DNA of 64,000 nucleotides from Phenylobacterium sp. (GTDB lineage Bacteria; Pseudomonadota; Alphaproteobacteria; Caulobacterales; Caulobacteraceae): NCBI RefSeq assembly GCF_016793225.1, contig NZ_JAEUMN010000081.1, positions 2,001 to 66,000 of the forward strand, read 5' to 3'. Shown piece by piece: positions 61,318 to 64,000 of this stretch (position 1 is its first letter; each line of letters starts with the position of its first letter). The notes under the pieces were generated by a model. It saw only the letters and a program-made list of their open reading frames with translations, ran no database searches and was not told where the DNA came from. The position numbers and the translations under genes were made by a program.

Positions 61318-61355
61318 AGGCCGCCAGGGTCAGGCCGCCAGAGTCAGGCCGCCAG
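61318..61355. repeat. 14-bp tandem repeat, 2.7 copies (aggccgccag[g/a]gtc)
   Basis: Read directly. The last copy encodes the C-terminal ..LAA-stop of the minus-strand gene, and the other copies duplicate that end. Confidence 0.7.
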
Positions 61356-63056
61356 CCCCGCCGCCTGGATCAGGTCGCGCACCTGGGCCATCTGCTCGGG
61401 CGCGGCGGCGAGTTCGGCCCGGGTCGCGTCCTGCTTGAACAGCTTCAGGACCTCGGCTCGGGCGCGGGCCGCGGCGGGCCCCTGCGGCGCGGCCTCGCCG
61501 GCCGCCAGCTTCAGCAGCAGGGTCAGGCGCTGGAGGACGGGCGCATTCGCATTGGCGACGCTCTGCGCCAGCTTGGCGCGACGCTCGATCTCGCCCCCGA
61601 TGTCGCCTAGCTTCTCCTGGATCGGGTTGAAATCCTCGGGCACCAGGCCGCACCGTGCGACCGATCGCGACAGCCCGGCCAGCTGGGACAGCCGCACCGC
61701 AGGCGTCTCGTGACCGTCGCACATCTCCTTCTCGAACTTCAGGGAAGCCACGATGGCCTTCAGCCAGCCCGAAGCCTGGCGCTTGTTGGCCGGTCCGATG
61801 ACGTTCTCCGAGAGCCAGATCATCGCCTCGACCTCGTCGAGGCTGGTGCGCCCCGACCCCAGGTAGGCCTCCACGAAGTCGCCGGTGACCAGCGTCCGCG
61901 AGCGCGCGGTGAAGGCGGCCTGCACGTCGTCGTGCGGGAGCAGGTTGCTGGCGGCCGCGGTGAGCGACATGGCCAGCGCCCGCAGCACGTCGATCTCGCG
62001 CTCGGCCTCGCCGGGGCAGAGGCGGCGCGGGCCGCTCAGTTCGCGCAGGATCCGCCGGCCGACCGCGGCGCGGGTCTCCTTGAAATGCTCGCCGGCGAGC
62101 CATTTCGCCAGCCGCTGGGCCGTGGGCGACAGCTCCGGCATCACCTTCTGGACCGACTTCTCCACCTTGATCAGCGCCTCGACGGCCTCGAAGGCGGTCA
62201 GGCGCGTCATCGCCGCGAGGTTGGCGCCCAGGTCGCGCCCCTTGCCCATGATGTCGTTCATCCCGAGCTTGGTCTCGAGGATCTCGGCCAGCGGCTGCTG
62301 GATCGTGGACAGCGCCAGGGCGCGGGCCGGGCCCTGCTGCGGTGCGGCGTCGGCGAGGTCGAGGAGGCGCTGGACCTTCTCGGACCAGCTCGCGGCGGGC
62401 GCGATGGAGGCGGCCACACCGGCGCCCAGCAGATAGCCGCGCTCCGGCTCGTGAACCAGCCGCTCGGCGGCGGCGGCGAAGCCCTCGCGGTCCACGTCGG
62501 GCAGGACGCCCTTCTTGTGGTCCTTCATCAGGCGATCGACGGCGCGCTCGATGAGCGCGTGGAAGATGCGGATCAGCTCGTGCACGCTCATCGAGCGGGC
62601 ATGGGCCTCGGGGATCGCGACCTTCTGAATCGCATGCTGGAGGTCCGTGCCCGCCGCCTCGAGCTTCTCGACGAGGTCGGGCCGATGCAGCAGTTCGAAC
62701 GGCGTCGCGTTGTTGCGCTCGAGCCAGCCCTCCAGCAGGCGGCCGATCCGCTCGCGGGCGTGCAGCGTGTAGAGGTCCTGGGGCGTGACGCAGAGCGGCT
62801 GCGGCTCCTCCTTGGGGACCGATTTCGCGGCGGTGTCGGCGGCGCCCAGCTTCTGGATCACTACCGAGTTGAACTCGCGGGTCTCCTCGTCGAAGACCTC
62901 CTTGGTGACCTTGACCGCAGCCACGCGCTGCTCGGCCATCAGGTCCTGCGCGGTCTGAAGCGCCGCGGCGCGGTTCTCGGTCGCAAGATCGAGTGTCCAC
63001 GGGCCGCCGGCGAGCTTCCGGATGTAGACCTCGAAATGCACTGTCATCCCGCTCAT
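61344..63056 (-). CDS. Conserved hypothetical 570-aa helical protein
   Basis: Start taken at MSGMTVHFEVYIRK (63056 or 63047). High GC3 over the full length; no family recognised. Confidence 0.65.
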   Translation of the reverse strand: MSGMTVHFEVYIRKLAGGPWTLDLATENRAAALQTAQDLMAEQRVAAVKVTKEVFDEETREFNSVVIQKLGAADTAAKSVPKEEPQPLCVTPQDLYTLHARERIGRLLEGWLERNNATPFELLHRPDLVEKLEAAGTDLQHAIQKVAIPEAHARSMSVHELIRIFHALIERAVDRLMKDHKKGVLPDVDREGFAAAAERLVHEPERGYLLGAGVAASIAPAASWSEKVQRLLDLADAAPQQGPARALALSTIQQPLAEILETKLGMNDIMGKGRDLGANLAAMTRLTAFEAVEALIKVEKSVQKVMPELSPTAQRLAKWLAGEHFKETRAAVGRRILRELSGPRRLCPGEAEREIDVLRALAMSLTAAASNLLPHDDVQAAFTARSRTLVTGDFVEAYLGSGRTSLDEVEAMIWLSENVIGPANKRQASGWLKAIVASLKFEKEMCDGHETPAVRLSQLAGLSRSVARCGLVPEDFNPIQEKLGDIGGEIERRAKLAQSVANANAPVLQRLTLLLKLAAGEAAPQGPAAARARAEVLKLFKQDATRAELAAAPEQMAQVRDLIQAAGLAA

Positions 63057-63209
63057 GGCGAACGCGGATCCCCCCAAATTCAGGAACCACGTTCGCGGAA
63101 ACAGCTTAAGGCTGCGTTGACCTTGCCCCGCGTTGGGCGCGGCCCCATTGAGGCCACGGTGAAGGCCCAATAGGTTGCACAGCTTCGGTTAAGGAGAGTT
63201 CTACCTCAG

Positions 63210-63926
63210 ATGGCGAAAATTACGCTTGTCGACGATGACGAGAACATCGTCACGTCGGTCAGTCTCGCCCTCGAGAGCCATGGCCACGCCGTGAAGGCCT
63301 ATTTCGACGGCGCCTCGGGCCTGGCCGCGCTGGAGAACGACCCGCCGGACGTGGCGATCCTGGACGTGAAGATGCCGCGCATGGACGGCATGGAGGTGCT
63401 GCGCCGCCTGCGGAGGACCTCGGACATCCCAGTGATCATCCTCACGTCCAAGGACGAGGAGATCGACGAGATCCTCGGCTTCAACCTCGGCGCCGACGAC
63501 TACATCCACAAGCCGTTCAGCCAGCGGCTCCTGATCGAGCGCGTGAAGGCGGTCCTGCGCCGCGCCGGCCGCGGCGACGCGGACGAGGCGGCCGGCCCCG
63601 CGCCCGCGGCCGACGCCGGCGCGCGGGCGCTGAAGCGCGGCAAGCTCACGCTGGACCCCGCCCGGCACGAGAGCCTGTGGGACGGCAAGCCCGTGAAGCT
63701 GACCGTCACCGAGTTCCTGCTCCTGCAGTCGCTCGCCCAGCGGCCGGGGTTCGTGAAGAGCCGCGACAACCTGATGGACGCGGCCTACGACGATCAGGTC
63801 TACGTCGATGACCGCACCATCGACAGCCACATCAAGCGGATGCGGAAGAAGTTCCGCGAGGTGGACCCTGAGTTCGACGCGATCGAGACCCTCTATGGCG
63901 TCGGCTACCGGTACCGGGAGTCCTGA
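63210..63926 (+). CDS. chvI: OmpR-family response regulator, ChvI-like
   Basis: [19 protein letters not shown]...[17 protein letters not shown]...[43 protein letters not shown] closely resembles the alphaproteobacterial ChvI signature. wHTH C-terminus. Confidence 0.7.
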   Translation: MAKITLVDDDENIVTSVSLALESHGHAVKAYFDGASGLAALENDPPDVAILDVKMPRMDGMEVLRRLRRTSDIPVIILTSKDEEIDEILGFNLGADDYIHKPFSQRLLIERVKAVLRRAGRGDADEAAGPAPAADAGARALKRGKLTLDPARHESLWDGKPVKLTVTEFLLLQSLAQRPGFVKSRDNLMDAAYDDQVYVDDRTIDSHIKRMRKKFREVDPEFDAIETLYGVGYRYRES

Positions 63927-64000
63927 GACCCCGGAACCCGAGGTCTTCGTCCGGCCGGTCCGTCAGCGACCGCCACGGGGCCTGAGGTTCACCGGGCTCC

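Noticed and set aside
63927-64000. Possible start of a chvG-like histidine kinase after the response regulator
   Set aside because: Only about 70 nt remain in the window. No start codon or motif can be supported.

Overview
High-GC (roughly 68-70%) alphaproteobacterial chromosome segment; the gene content and motifs look Caulobacterales-like (inference). I support about 55 protein genes, one tRNA and several regulatory sites. Many long ORFs in the track are antisense or out-of-frame shadow ORFs typical of GC-rich DNA and were discarded. Housekeeping content: imuA (partial, with an alphaproteobacterial SOS box), serC-serA, ftsK, dnaK-dnaJ (sigma-32-type promoter), tRNA-Arg(CCG), a cystathionine beta-synthase/gamma-lyase pair, pseB/pseC-like flagellin glycosylation genes and a ChvI-like response regulator. 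Accessory content: (i) a same-strand catabolic array of eight genes (TonB receptor, two secreted esterases, IclR, DapA-like, SDR, enolase-superfamily dehydratase, Na/solute symporter) starting 218 bp downstream of the tRNA; (ii) a TonB receptor/HupE metal-uptake operon; (iii) two PEPxxWA-CTERM proteins. Main result, 32.8-45.0 kb: an ECF sigma factor locus in which four transcription units each carry the same motif, GGAATAA-N14/15-CGTTGTC, immediately upstream. The units are (1) anti-sigma + S8 subtilase + TorF-like porin, (2) an RTX-like Ca-binding protein, (3) HlyD + C39-peptidase ABC exporter + a second ABC with a degenerate C39-like domain, and (4) a 635-aa orphan protein translationally coupled to a 37-aa Gly-Gly peptide. 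I read this as one ECF-controlled peptide (RiPP-like or signalling) plus RTX export system. I do not recognise it as a described system. All functional calls come from by-eye motif recognition; no database search was possible.
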